Shown one piece after another: positions 8,419 through 20,071 of a DNA stretch of 64,000 nt (the stretch's first letter is position 1; each line of letters begins with the position of its first letter). The translations under genes and the position numbers were made by a program. This DNA comes from Thermodesulfobacteriota bacterium (lineage in GTDB: Bacteria > Desulfobacterota > Desulfobulbia > Desulfobulbales > SURF-16): assembly GCA_039715015.1 (NCBI GenBank), contig JBDLIE010000002.1, positions 1 to 64,000 of the forward strand. The letters are read 5' to 3'. The notes under the pieces are model-generated. The model was not told the origin of the DNA. It searched no databases and saw only the letters and a list, made by a program, of their open reading frames with translations.

Positions 8419-10860
8419 TTAATGAGGAACCACCGGGCTACTCTCCTTGGTCAAATCGATCATTTCAGCACAAAAAGGCTCCAGGGCTAACTCCTTAAAG
8501 AGTTCCTGGCCGCCATCCAAGACAAGGGCTGCTTCCAGCACTTGGTCAGCATGCTCCATGACACGAATATCGAGGCTGTTTAAAATCTTGGCTGGTATCT
8601 TTTCCAGGTCCCGCTCATTTTCTTTGGGAATAAGAACATGAGCGATATTTCCCCTCCGGGCAGCAAGCAGTTTCTCGGTCAAGCCTCCTATGGGCAGAAC
8701 ACGGCCACGCAGGGTAATTTCCCCAGTCATGGCAACATCTTTACGGACCGGAATTTTAAGAAGGGCCGAAACAATAGAGGTTGCCATTGTGACTCCTGCA
8801 GAAGGACCATCTTTAGGGATAGCCCCTTCAGGCACATGAATATGGATATCAAGCTTCTGATAAAAATCCCGGGAAAGACCGAGGCGCAAGGAGTTGGCCC
8901 GTACATAGCTTAAGGCGGCCTGGGCCGACTCCTGCATGACATCGCCGAGCTTACCGGTGATGGTCAGCTTGCCGTTGCCTGGCATGAGCACGGTTTCTAT
9001 TTGCAGGAGTTCGCCGCCGACCTCGGTCCAGGCCAGACCAGTGGTCAAACCAACCTGATCCACATCTTCGGCTAAGCCAAAACGATGTTTCGGAGCACCA
9101 AGATACTTGCGAACGGCCTTAGGCGTTATCCTATAACGCTTTTTACTATTACCTTTTTTCAACCTGTCACGGGCAACCTTGCGACAGATACTTGCCAAGG
9201 TTCGCTCCAGGCTGCGGACACCGGCCTCCCGCGTATAACCGCGAACAATCTCCAGAACAGATTTTTCAGTAAAGGAAATATCACCTGGCCTAAAGCCGTT
9301 TTCCTGAAGCTGCTTAGGCTCAAGAAAGCCCTTGGCGATCTGGAGCTTGTCCTCTTCAGTGTAGCCACTCAGTTTAATAACCTCCATTCTGTCGCGCAGT
9401 GGTGGCGGAATGGAGGGCAGATTGTTGGCTGTGGTAATAAAGAAAACATCAGACAGATCGTAGTCCAGGTCCAGGTAATGATCGGCAAAGGTGTTATTTT
9501 GTTCCGGGTCAAGAACCTCTAGAAGAGCCGAAGAGGGATCACCGCGAAAATCGGTGGACATCTTGTCGATCTCATCAAGGCAGAACACAGGATTATTGAC
9601 CTTTACCTTTTGCAAAGATTGGATGATCTTACCGGGCATGGCGCCGATATAGGTCCGCCGATGGCCGCGGATCTCGGCCTCATCACGGACACCACCCAGA
9701 GAGAGTCTGGCAAATTTTCGTCCCATGGCCCTGGCCACCGATTTTGACAGCGATGTCTTTCCCACACCTGGAGGACCAACTAAACAGAGGATCGGTCCTT
9801 TGATCTTCTTGACCTGGGCCTGAACAGCAAGATATTCAAGGATGCGTTCCTTGGGCTCGCTCAATCCGAAATGGTCTGCGTCGAGAATTGCTTCGGCACC
9901 AACAGCGCTCTTTTTGTCACGCTTCTTCGCCAACCAGGGCAGGCTGAGAATCACATCTATATAATTGCGGACAACCGTGGCCTCGGCTGACATAGGTGAC
10001 ATGAGTTTCAGTTTCTTAAATTCCTGATTGACCTTTTCCCTGGCGGCCTTGGGAAGCTTTTTAGCATCAATCTGCTTTTTAAGCTCATTCATCTCAGAAG
10101 CAGCATCATCTTCCTGCCCCATCTCCTTCTGGATGACCTTGACCTGTTCGGCCAGATAATAATCCTTCTGGGTCTTCTCCATCTTCTGCTTCACCTGAGA
10201 GCGGATGTCCTGCTCCAGGGTAGCAATCTCGCTCTCGCGCTGCAGGAGGGACAAGACGAGTTCCATCCTCTTTTTAACGCTTATCGTAGCGAGGATTTTC
10301 TGCTTTTCATTCGCCTTTAAAGGGAGGTGGGATGAAAGAACATCAACCAGCTTGGCAGCCTTATCGATCTTGGCCAAAGAGGCCGCAACTTCCTTGGGGA
10401 TCTTCTTGGTATGCTTCCGGAAAAGATTGAAGGAATTGAGGAGCTGCCTGGTATAGGCATCGGTCTCCACATCCTGCTCAAGATCTTCCTCGCATAACCC
10501 AACTTCAACCGCCAGATATTCATCCTCATCGATAAATTCCGTAATCCTGGCACGGCGCCGTCCTTCAACCAAGGCCTTGATAGTCCCATCGGGAAGACGC
10601 AAGAGCTGGAGAACACCGGCAATGGTTCCCACATCATGGACAGCGTCAATGGCAGGATCTTCATCGGCACCGTCAATTTGGGTGACAAGAAAAATCTCGG
10701 AACGCTCCTTCATGGCCTTTTCCAATGCCGCGATTGATTTTTTCCGGCCCACCACCAAGGGAGCAACCATATGAGGGTAAAGCACGATATCCCGCAGGGG
10801 CATCATGGGATACAGGTCCTGACTATCGCCGGGGCTGGTATTGTCGTCGATTAAATTCAT
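8419..10860 (-). CDS. lon: ATP-dependent Lon protease
   Basis: LON N-domain, [27 protein letters not shown] catalytic Ser; follows clpX. Confidence 0.97.
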   Translation of the reverse strand: MNLIDDNTSPGDSQDLYPMMPLRDIVLYPHMVAPLVVGRKKSIAALEKAMKERSEIFLVTQIDGADEDPAIDAVHDVGTIAGVLQLLRLPDGTIKALVEGRRRARITEFIDEDEYLAVEVGLCEEDLEQDVETDAYTRQLLNSFNLFRKHTKKIPKEVAASLAKIDKAAKLVDVLSSHLPLKANEKQKILATISVKKRMELVLSLLQRESEIATLEQDIRSQVKQKMEKTQKDYYLAEQVKVIQKEMGQEDDAASEMNELKKQIDAKKLPKAAREKVNQEFKKLKLMSPMSAEATVVRNYIDVILSLPWLAKKRDKKSAVGAEAILDADHFGLSEPKERILEYLAVQAQVKKIKGPILCLVGPPGVGKTSLSKSVARAMGRKFARLSLGGVRDEAEIRGHRRTYIGAMPGKIIQSLQKVKVNNPVFCLDEIDKMSTDFRGDPSSALLEVLDPEQNNTFADHYLDLDYDLSDVFFITTANNLPSIPPPLRDRMEVIKLSGYTEEDKLQIAKGFLEPKQLQENGFRPGDISFTEKSVLEIVRGYTREAGVRSLERTLASICRKVARDRLKKGNSKKRYRITPKAVRKYLGAPKHRFGLAEDVDQVGLTTGLAWTEVGGELLQIETVLMPGNGKLTITGKLGDVMQESAQAALSYVRANSLRLGLSRDFYQKLDIHIHVPEGAIPKDGPSAGVTMATSIVSALLKIPVRKDVAMTGEITLRGRVLPIGGLTEKLLAARRGNIAHVLIPKENERDLEKIPAKILNSLDIRVMEHADQVLEAALVLDGGQELFKELALEPFCAEMIDLTKESSPVVPH

Positions 10861-10984
10861 AAGATCATTATTTTATTAATAATTAACTGCTAAAAGCTGG
10901 ACAAAAAGAAGGCCACTCCAACCCAGCAAAGAATCACTGAGGCAGGGTGGCCTTAAGAAATCAGACAAAAGAAAGATTGCTCAT

Positions 10985-12244
10985 CTAAGCACTCTTTTTT
11001 GTTTCATTTTCATAGAGGATTACTGGATAATCACCATTGACGATAACTTGCTCGCTGATCACGCATTCCTTGACGTTCTCCTCAGAGGGCAGTTCGTACA
11101 TAATCTCAAGCATGGCCTTCTCCATCACAGAACGTAGACCGCGAGCACCGGACTTCCTCTTCAAAGCCTCCTTGGCAATGGCTGTCACGGCACCCTCAGT
11201 AAAGCGAAGGCGGACATTCTCAAACTCAAAAAGCTTTTGATACTGCTTGGTCAAGGCATTCTTAGGTTCCTGAAGGATGCGAACCAGATCGTCCTCGGAA
11301 AGCTCATCCATGGTGGAAATCACAGGCAGACGACCAACAAGCTCGGGGATAAGACCAAACTGCAGGAGATCCTCCGGCTGAACATCGGCCAAAACCTCAC
11401 CCATCTTCTTCCTGGTCTCACCAACAACTTTAGCACCAAATCCCATGGACTTTGTGCCGGTCCGCCGCTTGATCACAGAATCAAGGCCTACAAAGGCGCC
11501 GCCGCAAACAAAGAGGATGTTTGAGGTATCAATGCGGATATAATCCTGCTGGGGATGCTTGCGCCCCCCTTTGGGTGGAATGCTTGCCACAGTTCCCTCA
11601 ATAATCTTAAGAAGGGCCTGTTGAACACCCTCACCTGAGACATCACGGGTGATGGAGGCGGAATCTGATTTGCGGGCAATCTTATCGATCTCGTCGATAT
11701 AGACGATACCGTGTTGGGCCCGGTCCACATCATGGTCTGCAGCCTGCAGCAAACTAACCAGGATGTTTTCAACATCCTCGCCAACGTAACCGGCCTCGGT
11801 CAGGGTGGTGGCGTCAGCCATGGCAAAGGGCACATTAAGAACCTTGGCCAGGGTCTGGGCGACCAGAGTTTTACCGGAACCTGTGGGACCAATGAGGATG
11901 ATATTTGATTTCTGCAGCTCAACATCTGAGCCGTCATTAATGTAATTGGCTCCAACCCGTTTATAATGATTATGGACAGCCACGGACAAGGCCCGCTTGG
12001 CCATATCCTGGCCAACTATATAATCGTCCAGATGGTTTTTAATCTCACGGGGCTTCAGAGAGGACTTGGTGGCGTCATGAGCTGGCGCTTTTTGCAAGTC
12101 TTCGCGGACAATGTCATTGCAGAGGTCAATACACTCATCACAGATATAGACATTAGGTCCAGCGATGAGCTTTTTTACTTCTTCCTGACTCTTGCCGCAG
12201 AATGAACAGAGTACATCAGGATCGTCGGTGTTGTTACTGGCCAT
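10985..12244 (-). CDS. clpX: ATP-dependent Clp protease ATP-binding subunit ClpX
   Basis: CSFCGK...ICDECIDLC zinc finger, [25 protein letters not shown] loop. Confidence 0.97.
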   Translation of the reverse strand: MASNNTDDPDVLCSFCGKSQEEVKKLIAGPNVYICDECIDLCNDIVREDLQKAPAHDATKSSLKPREIKNHLDDYIVGQDMAKRALSVAVHNHYKRVGANYINDGSDVELQKSNIILIGPTGSGKTLVAQTLAKVLNVPFAMADATTLTEAGYVGEDVENILVSLLQAADHDVDRAQHGIVYIDEIDKIARKSDSASITRDVSGEGVQQALLKIIEGTVASIPPKGGRKHPQQDYIRIDTSNILFVCGGAFVGLDSVIKRRTGTKSMGFGAKVVGETRKKMGEVLADVQPEDLLQFGLIPELVGRLPVISTMDELSEDDLVRILQEPKNALTKQYQKLFEFENVRLRFTEGAVTAIAKEALKRKSGARGLRSVMEKAMLEIMYELPSEENVKECVISEQVIVNGDYPVILYENETKKSA

Positions 12245-12246
12245 AA

Positions 12247-12849
12247 TCAGCCTTCCTCTTCACTAAGTTCACGATGAGCCAGCACCTTATCAATGATGCC
12301 GTACTTCTTTGCTTCCTTTGCACTCAAATAATAATCACGATCTGTATCCTTGCTAATTTTTTTCAAGGTTTGACCGGTGGCCTTCACCAACATCTTGTTC
12401 AGATCTTCCCGCATCCGCAAGATCTCTTTGGCGTGGATATCAATATCCGAGGCCTGCCCCTGGAAACCGCCCATGGGTTGATGAATCATTATCCGGGCAT
12501 TAGGCAGGGAGTGGCGCTTGCCTTGAGTTCCCGATGCCAAAAGAAAAGCTCCCATGGATGAAGCCTGTCCCATACAGAGAGTGGCTATATCACACTTTAT
12601 ATACTGCATAGTATCATAGATTGCCAAACCGGCTGTCACAGAGCCACCCGGAGAGTTGATATAAAATGTAATATCCTTATCCGGATCATCCGCCTCTAAA
12701 AAGAGGAGCTGGGCAATAATAAGATTAGCAATATCATCCGTGACCTGGGTACCAAGGAAAATAATGCGCTCTTTTAAAAGCCGTGAATATATATCAAAGG
12801 CGCGCTCCCCCCTGGGGGTTTGCTCCACTACCATGGGAATCAGACTCAT
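12247..12849 (-). CDS. clpP: ATP-dependent Clp protease proteolytic subunit
   Basis: [40 protein letters not shown]. Confidence 0.97.
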   Translation of the reverse strand: MSLIPMVVEQTPRGERAFDIYSRLLKERIIFLGTQVTDDIANLIIAQLLFLEADDPDKDITFYINSPGGSVTAGLAIYDTMQYIKCDIATLCMGQASSMGAFLLASGTQGKRHSLPNARIMIHQPMGGFQGQASDIDIHAKEILRMREDLNKMLVKATGQTLKKISKDTDRDYYLSAKEAKKYGIIDKVLAHRELSEEEG

Positions 12850-14159
12850 GCTTTCTCTCCTGCATCTTCGCTAGCTGCTACATAAGTAACTTTTGATTCG
12901 CTGCGTAAAAACTCAACGATCTTTTCATTAAGAATCTCATGCATAAAGGGCAGGAGATCCTCACGGCGGGCAAAATATTTTTTAACATCGTCGACAGTCA
13001 TGGCATATTGGGCGGCAATACGCTCGAAACCTTTGGTGAGATCATCATCTTCTACCTTAATGTCCTCTACCTCGCCGATCTGCTTTAAAATGAAATCGCC
13101 CTTCACTCTTTTTTCGGCATCTTCCCTATAATCTTCAATGAGTTTCTCACGACTGATACCGGCGGCCTCCAAATTCATACCCTGTTGTTCTAAGGTCTTT
13201 TCCAGCTGGCTGATGTGATGGCTTATTTCATGGGCAACCAAGCGCTCAGGCACCGCAAAGTCGTTGTTCTCAAGAAGTTGCAGCATAATGACGTCGGTGA
13301 GATCACCGGAACGTCCTTTTTCACGCTCATCAGCAATATTCTTTTTGATGTCTGCTTTCAGGTCATCAAGGGTCTTGAAATCTTCAGAAACTTCCTGGGC
13401 AAACTCGTCATTGATCTCAGCCAGGATTCGCTCTTTGAGGTCCTTAACAGTGATATGGAACTCTACATTTTTCCCACCCAGAATCTGGTTAGCAAAGTCA
13501 GCAGGAAACTCAATTTCCTTGGTAACTTCATCACCGGTTTTCAGGTCGACCATGGCATCTTCAAAGATTTTACCATTCTTGCCCGAACCGATATCAATAG
13601 GATAATCAGTACCCTTGACGTTATCCATTACTGTGCCGCCTTCATAGGCGGTAAAGTCGATGGTAATGACATCGTCTTGGCCGGCGCCACGATCTTCAAC
13701 GGTCCGCAGAGGGGCCATTTCACGACGCATGCTCTCAAGCTTAGTATTGATATCATCGTCGCTGACCTTAAGTTCAGGCAGCTCTACTTCTAGCCCCTTG
13801 TAATCAGCCAGTTTAAACTCAGGTTTGATATCGATCTCTGCAACATAGGTAAAGGAACCGGCATCATCAAAATTGTGAGAACGGATGTCAGGGTGAACAA
13901 CGGCCTCAAGCTTGGTTTCTTCCAAGGCGTCAAAATAGGTATCCTGAACGATCTTGTCGGCAACTTCGCTATAAACGGACTCGCCGTAATTTTTCTCAAG
14001 TACCTTACGGGGAGCTTTGCCCTTACGAAAGCCACGGATTTCAACCTCGCCGGCTAACTTGCGGAATGCCTTATCAAGACGTTTTTTAACATCTTTTTCC
14101 GGGACAACAATAGTGAGCGCGCGACCAAGGGCGCCGGATTCTTCAACACTAACCTGCAT
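12846..14159 (-). CDS. tig: Trigger factor
   Basis: GFRKGKAP ribosome-binding motif, FKBP-like domain; tig-clpP-clpX-lon gene order. Confidence 0.95.
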   Translation of the reverse strand: MQVSVEESGALGRALTIVVPEKDVKKRLDKAFRKLAGEVEIRGFRKGKAPRKVLEKNYGESVYSEVADKIVQDTYFDALEETKLEAVVHPDIRSHNFDDAGSFTYVAEIDIKPEFKLADYKGLEVELPELKVSDDDINTKLESMRREMAPLRTVEDRGAGQDDVITIDFTAYEGGTVMDNVKGTDYPIDIGSGKNGKIFEDAMVDLKTGDEVTKEIEFPADFANQILGGKNVEFHITVKDLKERILAEINDEFAQEVSEDFKTLDDLKADIKKNIADEREKGRSGDLTDVIMLQLLENNDFAVPERLVAHEISHHISQLEKTLEQQGMNLEAAGISREKLIEDYREDAEKRVKGDFILKQIGEVEDIKVEDDDLTKGFERIAAQYAMTVDDVKKYFARREDLLPFMHEILNEKIVEFLRSESKVTYVAASEDAGEKA

Positions 14160-14220
14160 TGGATTTATTCCTTATTTGTGTAAACGATTCTCTTCCTGGC
14201 CCATAGGGGGCCAGAAAAAT

Positions 14221-14259
14221 AAAAAAAGAAGGCTTTCCAGAGAGTCCTGACAACCTTCG
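14221..14259 (-). terminator. Probable terminator or attenuator hairpin between tRNA-Leu and tig
   Basis: Minus strand GAAGGTTGTCAG...CTGGAAAGCCTTC imperfect stem followed by T7. Confidence 0.5.
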
Positions 14260-14270
14260 AACCTGACAAC

Positions 14271-14354
14271 TGGTGCGAGAGGGGGGAGTCGAACCCCCAC
14301 ACCAAAGGCGCTGGATCCTAAATCCAGTGCGTCTACCAATTCCGCCACTCTCGC
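14271..14354 (-). tRNA. tRNA-Leu(TAG)
   Basis: GCGAGAGTGGCGGAATTGGTAGACGCACTGGATT-TAG-GATCCAGCGCCTTTGGTGTGGGGGTTCGACTCCCCCCTCTCGCACCA; long variable arm; usual position upstream of tig. Confidence 0.96.
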
Positions 14355-14621
14355 TAGAACCGAACAAAAATAATCAACTTTGTCCTCACAGTCAAGGTAG
14401 AGGGAGCAAAGAGCTGATAAATAGTCTTTACGAGTGACCTAAAATACCGGCAATTTGTTATTTAATTACTTATGGCAAACCACCTTTACTGCCTGTTGCA
14501 ACCGCTATTAATGTATTGACAGAGAGCGGGAGAATTGCTAGCTACTACCCTTTATATTTTCATCGACATTGCCCATGTTTCGTGGCTTTTATTTTTCATT
14601 TTTTGGACAAATGGTTCAGAC

Positions 14622-15698
14622 ATGACCCAGACATCATTTTCAGCAAACGGGTTACCAACCCTCATCGGTTCAATTCCTCTTGATAGTCATGACCAGGCTC
14701 TGGACTGGATCCTGGATCACACCCCGGAAATCCCCCTGTGGCCTCAACTCCCCGGCCTTGCTCAGGAAGGTATGCTCGTTCAGTTTCTTGAAGGCTTTCC
14801 GGGCCTGGCTCGTGAGGAGGGCGGCAAAACATATTTCAATACCCTTACTGAGGAATTTGCCAACGAGACACTGGCCTTTTTTGAGGAGTATCTTACTCTC
14901 CGCGAAGATCCTGCGGGCCTGCTTCAGTCTCGTTTTCAGGTCAGTAATGACAGAGCGGCTGGTCTTTACCGTCTGGCCGAGAGAATGAAGGACACAAACT
15001 CGGTTGCTGTCAAAGGCCAGATCACCGGGCCCTTCACCCTCCTTACCGGAGTAACGGACCAGGAGCAACGCGCCACCTATTACGACCCGGCTCTACGCGA
15101 GATCATCCATAAGGGTTTGGCCATGAAGGCTGCCTGGCAGGTGGAGTTTCTTAAGAAGATTAATGATAATGTCATCCTTTTTATGGATGAACCGGCCTTG
15201 GCTGGCCTTGGCTCTTCCGCTTTCATCTCTATTTCAAAGGAGAGTCTTGCCGAAGACCAGGCCGAAATCATTACTGCCATCAAAGGAGCCGGTGGCTTGG
15301 CAGGGGTCCATGTCTGCGCCAATACCGACTGGCCCCTACTCTTGTCTCTTGATTACGACATCATCAATTTTGACGCCTATGGTTTCTTTGATCGTTTTGT
15401 TTCTTATGAAAAAGAAATCCATGCCTTCTTGAAGCGAGGTGGCATCATAGCCTGGGGCATCGTCCCCACTGCCAAGGAAGAGGATGTCCTCAAGGAATCC
15501 AGCGAAAGCCTGACTGAGCTTTGGAAAAAACAGGCCGACCAGCTGTGCAGCGCTGGCTGGGATTATTCCTCAATCCTCGCCCAGAGCCTTATCACTCCCA
15601 GCTGCGGCACCGGTTCTCTTTCCTCAGAGGCCGCCAAAAAGGTCCTTGAAATGACCCGCGACGTATCGGCAGCCCTGCGCCAGGAATATCTCCCCTAA
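14622..15698 (+). CDS. Core (folate-independent) methionine synthase, MetE C-terminal-like, MesB-like
   Basis: PTLIGS, WPQLP, VKGQITGPFT, FMDEP, GVHVCANTDW, FDAY, AWGIVPT, ITPSCG; Zn ligands His, Cys, Asp, Cys; start set at ATG 14622. Confidence 0.75.
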   Translation: MTQTSFSANGLPTLIGSIPLDSHDQALDWILDHTPEIPLWPQLPGLAQEGMLVQFLEGFPGLAREEGGKTYFNTLTEEFANETLAFFEEYLTLREDPAGLLQSRFQVSNDRAAGLYRLAERMKDTNSVAVKGQITGPFTLLTGVTDQEQRATYYDPALREIIHKGLAMKAAWQVEFLKKINDNVILFMDEPALAGLGSSAFISISKESLAEDQAEIITAIKGAGGLAGVHVCANTDWPLLLSLDYDIINFDAYGFFDRFVSYEKEIHAFLKRGGIIAWGIVPTAKEEDVLKESSESLTELWKKQADQLCSAGWDYSSILAQSLITPSCGTGSLSSEAAKKVLEMTRDVSAALRQEYLP

Positions 15699-15764
15699 AT
15701 TTTAAAAATATATTTAGGCCCAGCTGCACTTCGGGTCACTTTAATACGGACACAACCGATTTAT

Positions 15765-17246
15765 ATGGAAGACTTAAACCAAACACTTCAACAACGCAGA
15801 CAAAAAGCCGCCGAAATGGCGGACCTTGGTGTAAATTTGTACATCAATGACTTCAAACCCCTTCATTCCCTGCGCCAGGCATTACCCCAAAGCGCTTATA
15901 ACGATCCAGAATCTGCCTTGAGCGAGGGAGAATTTACTGTTGCCGGCCGCATTATTGCCATGCGCGACTTTGGCAAGGCCGCTTTCCTCCAACTGCAGGA
16001 CGAATCTGGACGCGGCCAGATCTATATCAAAAAACAGGTGGTTGGCGAAGAACGATTCGAAGTCTTTAAAAAATTTGATATCGGCGACATTCTCGGCTGC
16101 ACCGGCACCCTCTTTCGTACCAAGAAAGGTGAGCCCACCATTAATGTCAGCACCTTTACGCCGATCACAAAATCTCTGCGCCCCCTGCCTGAGAAATTCC
16201 ACGGCCTCACCGATGTGGAAATCCGCTATCGCCAACGGTATGTGGATCTCATCGTCAATCCTGAGGTACGCGACACCTTTCGTAAGCGCGTCCAGATCAT
16301 GCGCTTAGTCCGGGAATTCCTTGAGAGCCGAGATTTTCTGGAGGTGGAAACACCGATGATGCATCCCATTGCCGGCGGTGCCACAGCCAAACCTTTTAAG
16401 ACCCACCATAATGCCCTGGGCATGGATCTCTACCTTCGGGTTGCCCCGGAGCTTTACCTCAAACGCCTTCTGGTCGGCGGTTTTGAAAGGGTTTTTGAAA
16501 TCAACCGTAATTTCCGTAATGAGGGTCTTTCCACCCGTCATAATCCGGAATTCACCATGCTTGAGTTTTATCAGGCATATGCCACTTACCAGGACCTTAT
16601 GGATCTTACTGAGGAGATGGTCACCTCCATCTGCCAGGAGGTGAACAACACCCTGGTTATAGAATTCGAAGAGCAGCCGGTTGACCTCACCCCACCGTGG
16701 AAACGCTACACCATGGATGAAGCCCTGCAGAAGGTCGGTGGCATAAGCGCCGACATCCTGGCTGATCCCCAGAAGGTCATGGATCTTGCCAAAGAAAAAG
16801 GTTTAGAACTTGAAGAAAAAGCTGGTCCAGGCAAGGCCAAGATGGAGCTTTTTGACCTCCTTGTCGAAGAAGAGCTGATCAACCCCACCTTTATCACAGC
16901 CTACCCCACCGAGGTCTCGCCACTGGCGCGCTGCAATGATGACGACCCAAGTGTCACAGACCGTTTTGAGCTTTTCATTACCGGCCGTGAAATCGCCAAT
17001 GCCTTCAGTGAGCTTAACGATCCCATCGACCAGAAAGAACGCCTGGAAAAACAGGTGGCTGAGCGCGGGGATGATGAGGAGATTTTCCCTGAGGTAGACT
17101 ACGATTTTGTCCGGGCCCTGGAATACGGAATGCCGCCGGCTGCCGGTGAAGGTATTGGTATCGACCGTCTTACCATGCTGCTGACCAACTCGGCATCCAT
17201 CCGTGACGTGATTCTCTTTCCTCATCTTCGTCCGGAGGCCAAATAA
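15765..17246 (+). CDS. lysS: Lysine--tRNA ligase (class II)
   Basis: OB-fold anticodon domain, [36 protein letters not shown]. Confidence 0.97.
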   Translation: MEDLNQTLQQRRQKAAEMADLGVNLYINDFKPLHSLRQALPQSAYNDPESALSEGEFTVAGRIIAMRDFGKAAFLQLQDESGRGQIYIKKQVVGEERFEVFKKFDIGDILGCTGTLFRTKKGEPTINVSTFTPITKSLRPLPEKFHGLTDVEIRYRQRYVDLIVNPEVRDTFRKRVQIMRLVREFLESRDFLEVETPMMHPIAGGATAKPFKTHHNALGMDLYLRVAPELYLKRLLVGGFERVFEINRNFRNEGLSTRHNPEFTMLEFYQAYATYQDLMDLTEEMVTSICQEVNNTLVIEFEEQPVDLTPPWKRYTMDEALQKVGGISADILADPQKVMDLAKEKGLELEEKAGPGKAKMELFDLLVEEELINPTFITAYPTEVSPLARCNDDDPSVTDRFELFITGREIANAFSELNDPIDQKERLEKQVAERGDDEEIFPEVDYDFVRALEYGMPPAAGEGIGIDRLTMLLTNSASIRDVILFPHLRPEAK

Positions 17247-17252
17247 TACTTT

Positions 17253-18482
17253 ATGAATTTTGAACTCTTTGTCTGCCTGCGTTACCTCAAAGCCACTAGG
17301 AAGAAGGGATTTATCTCACTGATTTCGCTTATTTCCGTGGCAGGGGTGGCTGTCGGGGTCATGGCCCTCATTATTGTAATTGCTGTGATGACCGGCTTTG
17401 GTGAAGAGTTTCGCGACAAAATTCTCGGTGTCAACTCACATATTGTTGTCCAGAAGTTCGGCGGCGCCATGAAAGGCTATGAAGAGGTCCTTGCCACTGT
17501 GAGGAGCCATCCCGAGGTTACCGGGGCCACTCCTTATGTTTACGGCCAGTCAATGATCACCACCGGCAGTGGCGGGAGCGGCTGCGTGGTACGGGGGATT
17601 GACCCTGACTCAGCCGGGCAGGTGCTTTCCCTGCCAAACCAGCTCATCCATGGCAAAGGCCTAGAAAGTCTGCTGCCGGCCTCGGCCGGTGACCCACCGG
17701 GAATTATTATCGGTGCCCAGCTTGCTAAGCAGCTCCGGGTCCATATGGGTGACAGACTGCGGCTACTCTCCCCCTCCGGCCCTCTTTCCCCTATGGGGAT
17801 TATTCCACGGATCAAGTCCTGCCAGGTAACAGGTATCTTTGAGACCGGAATGTACGAATATGATTCATCCCTGGTCTATATAGATTTAAGCACGGCCCAG
17901 GATTTTTTTGATATCTCCGAGCAGGTCCACGGCATTGAGGTGACTATTAGAGATATTGACGAAGCTGCCGAGGTAGCGGCCGAACTGAAAACCAGCCTGG
18001 GCGAAACCTTCCTGGTCAAAGACTGGATGGCCATGAACTACAACCTCTTTTCCGCCCTAAAGCTGGAAAAAACAGCCATGTTCATCATCCTCACCCTCAT
18101 CGTTTTGGTGGCCGCCTTTAACATCATCTCCACCCTGATCATGGTGGTTATGGAAAAGACAAAGGACATTGCCATCCTCAAGGCCATGGGCGCCACCGCC
18201 AATCAAATCCTGCGGATTTTCATTTACGAAGGCCTCTTTATCGGGATCAGCGGAACCTTATTGGGACTCGGGGGCGGACTTGGGGTATGCAAACTGCTCA
18301 GCCGTTATAAATTTATTGAGCTTCCCAGCGACGTCTATCCTATCTCCACCCTGCCCATCAAAGTGCTTCCTCTTGATGTCGGTCTTATAGCCTTTGCCGC
18401 AGTAGCAATCACCCTGTCGGCAACGCTCTACCCGTCTTGGCAGGCAGCAAAGGTGGAGCCATCCACCTCCCTGCGCTACTGA
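17253..18482 (+). CDS. lolE: Lipoprotein-releasing ABC transporter permease (LolC/E family)
   Basis: ISLISVAGVAVGVMALIIVIAVMTGF, AFNIISTLIMVVMEKTKDIAILKAMGA, LYPSWQAAK. Confidence 0.93.
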   Translation: MNFELFVCLRYLKATRKKGFISLISLISVAGVAVGVMALIIVIAVMTGFGEEFRDKILGVNSHIVVQKFGGAMKGYEEVLATVRSHPEVTGATPYVYGQSMITTGSGGSGCVVRGIDPDSAGQVLSLPNQLIHGKGLESLLPASAGDPPGIIIGAQLAKQLRVHMGDRLRLLSPSGPLSPMGIIPRIKSCQVTGIFETGMYEYDSSLVYIDLSTAQDFFDISEQVHGIEVTIRDIDEAAEVAAELKTSLGETFLVKDWMAMNYNLFSALKLEKTAMFIILTLIVLVAAFNIISTLIMVVMEKTKDIAILKAMGATANQILRIFIYEGLFIGISGTLLGLGGGLGVCKLLSRYKFIELPSDVYPISTLPIKVLPLDVGLIAFAAVAITLSATLYPSWQAAKVEPSTSLRY

Positions 18483-18901
18483 CATTCCCCTATCCTGCGT
18501 CCGGAAATAGTATTTTCACCACTCATCTCGACAGCACCTGACATGCTCATGGTCATGGTGCCGTCAAAACTTGCCCCCCTGTAGGTAATCTCGGTCTCAC
18601 TCTTGGTTTTGCCGCCCGGACTCTTGCATTCCATGGACCAGCTTACGGTATTACCTTTGACCTTTGGTGAGGAATACGTACAAATTTCCTGGTTGGCAGA
18701 CCCCTGTTTCGGGACAACATCATCCTTAGTAAGACATTGCCGATACACCATGGCTGGAATCTTCATGGGCATGCCTGGCATATTGACCTCAGTGGTAATC
18801 TCCCACATCCCCTCTTCAAGATCAGGCCCTCCTCCGGAACAGGCAACAAGGCCCCATGCAAAACAAACCCCACAAATTATTGCTAACTTTTTTCTCTTCA
18901 T
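18476..18901 (-). CDS. DUF3617-like lipoprotein
   Basis: Lipobox LVAC, GMWEITTEVNMPGMP, QCLT, C-terminal GRRIGEC; start set at ATG 18901. Confidence 0.8.
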   Translation of the reverse strand: MKRKKLAIICGVCFAWGLVACSGGGPDLEEGMWEITTEVNMPGMPMKIPAMVYRQCLTKDDVVPKQGSANQEICTYSSPKVKGNTVSWSMECKSPGGKTKSETEITYRGASFDGTMTMSMSGAVEMSGENTISGRRIGECQ

Positions 18902-19123
18902 CACACCCACTCCATTTTTTCTATGTTACGTAAAAGGTGCTTCAAGTTTAAAAAATCACTTCTCAAACAATATTCGCACCGAAGCTAAAGAAAATACTCT
19001 CCAGGTTTTTCAGGAACATTTCCTTCCTTTCCTTGCCTTATCTTGCAAGTTGGCGTAATCTCGTTGAGGATTTCATAAGGACATCCGACAACACCTTCCT
19101 CAAGCAAAGTACATGGCTCCTCT

Positions 19124-19816
19124 ATGGTCAAGAATGAACCCCTCTTTGTAGCAAAAAATATTAGTAAACATTTCGGCTCTGGAGAGCAGCGAGTTAACAT
19201 CCTTCAAGATGTCAACATTTCTATTGATTCCGGAGAAATGGTTGCAATTATCGGTGCCTCAGGCACTGGCAAAACAACCCTGCTCCATCTCTTTGGAGGG
19301 CTGGCAAGACCTGACTCAGGCTCCTTTGTTTGTGGCGGCGATGACCTCAGCAGCAAAAGCGATAACGACCTAGCCAAGTTCAGGAACACCACGATTGGTT
19401 TCGTCTTTCAATTTCACCACCTATTGCCTGAATTTACCGCCCTGGAAAACACTATCATGCCTGGCCTGATCGCCGGTTCTCAAGGTCAAGATCTTCATGA
19501 CTATGCGTTAAGCCTGTTAACAACAGTGGGCCTGGCAGGCCATGAACATCAACCGGTGAGTGAACTTTCCGGTGGCGAGCAGCAGCGTGTGGCTCTCGCC
19601 CGTGCCCTGGTCCGCAAACCTGCTCTGCTGCTTGCTGACGAGCCAACGGGCAACCTCGACCCTGAAAGCGGCGGCAAAGTGTTTGACCTCTTACAAACTT
19701 TAAATAAAGAGTTTAACCTTACCACCGTCATGGTCACCCATAATTATGAATTAGCAGGCCGGATGGATCGATGTATGGTTCTGCAAAACGGCGTTTTAAA
19801 GGACCATACATTTTAA
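19124..19816 (+). CDS. lolD: Lipoprotein-releasing ABC transporter ATP-binding protein
   Basis: [18 protein letters not shown]olD motif, [17 protein letters not shown]. Confidence 0.93.
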   Translation: MVKNEPLFVAKNISKHFGSGEQRVNILQDVNISIDSGEMVAIIGASGTGKTTLLHLFGGLARPDSGSFVCGGDDLSSKSDNDLAKFRNTTIGFVFQFHHLLPEFTALENTIMPGLIAGSQGQDLHDYALSLLTTVGLAGHEHQPVSELSGGEQQRVALARALVRKPALLLADEPTGNLDPESGGKVFDLLQTLNKEFNLTTVMVTHNYELAGRMDRCMVLQNGVLKDHTF

Positions 19817-20071
19817 ACAAAGTACTCTTTTTTAAAAACCCCTCAAAATCAGGGGAAAATTGCCATCCTTGTGACCTTTTGCCATGACTTTTTCGACAAT
19901 TGCCGCTACATTGCGTTACTTTTTCACCTGCACTGTCCAATGAGGCGTAACACTATACAATATTGACGTTTTCAACTCACCTCTCCCCATGCACACCTGC
20001 TTAATTATCACCTTGAGTTGTTAAATATAATCAAAATCTCACCTATCTCCAGAACGGAAGAGCCACCCAAT

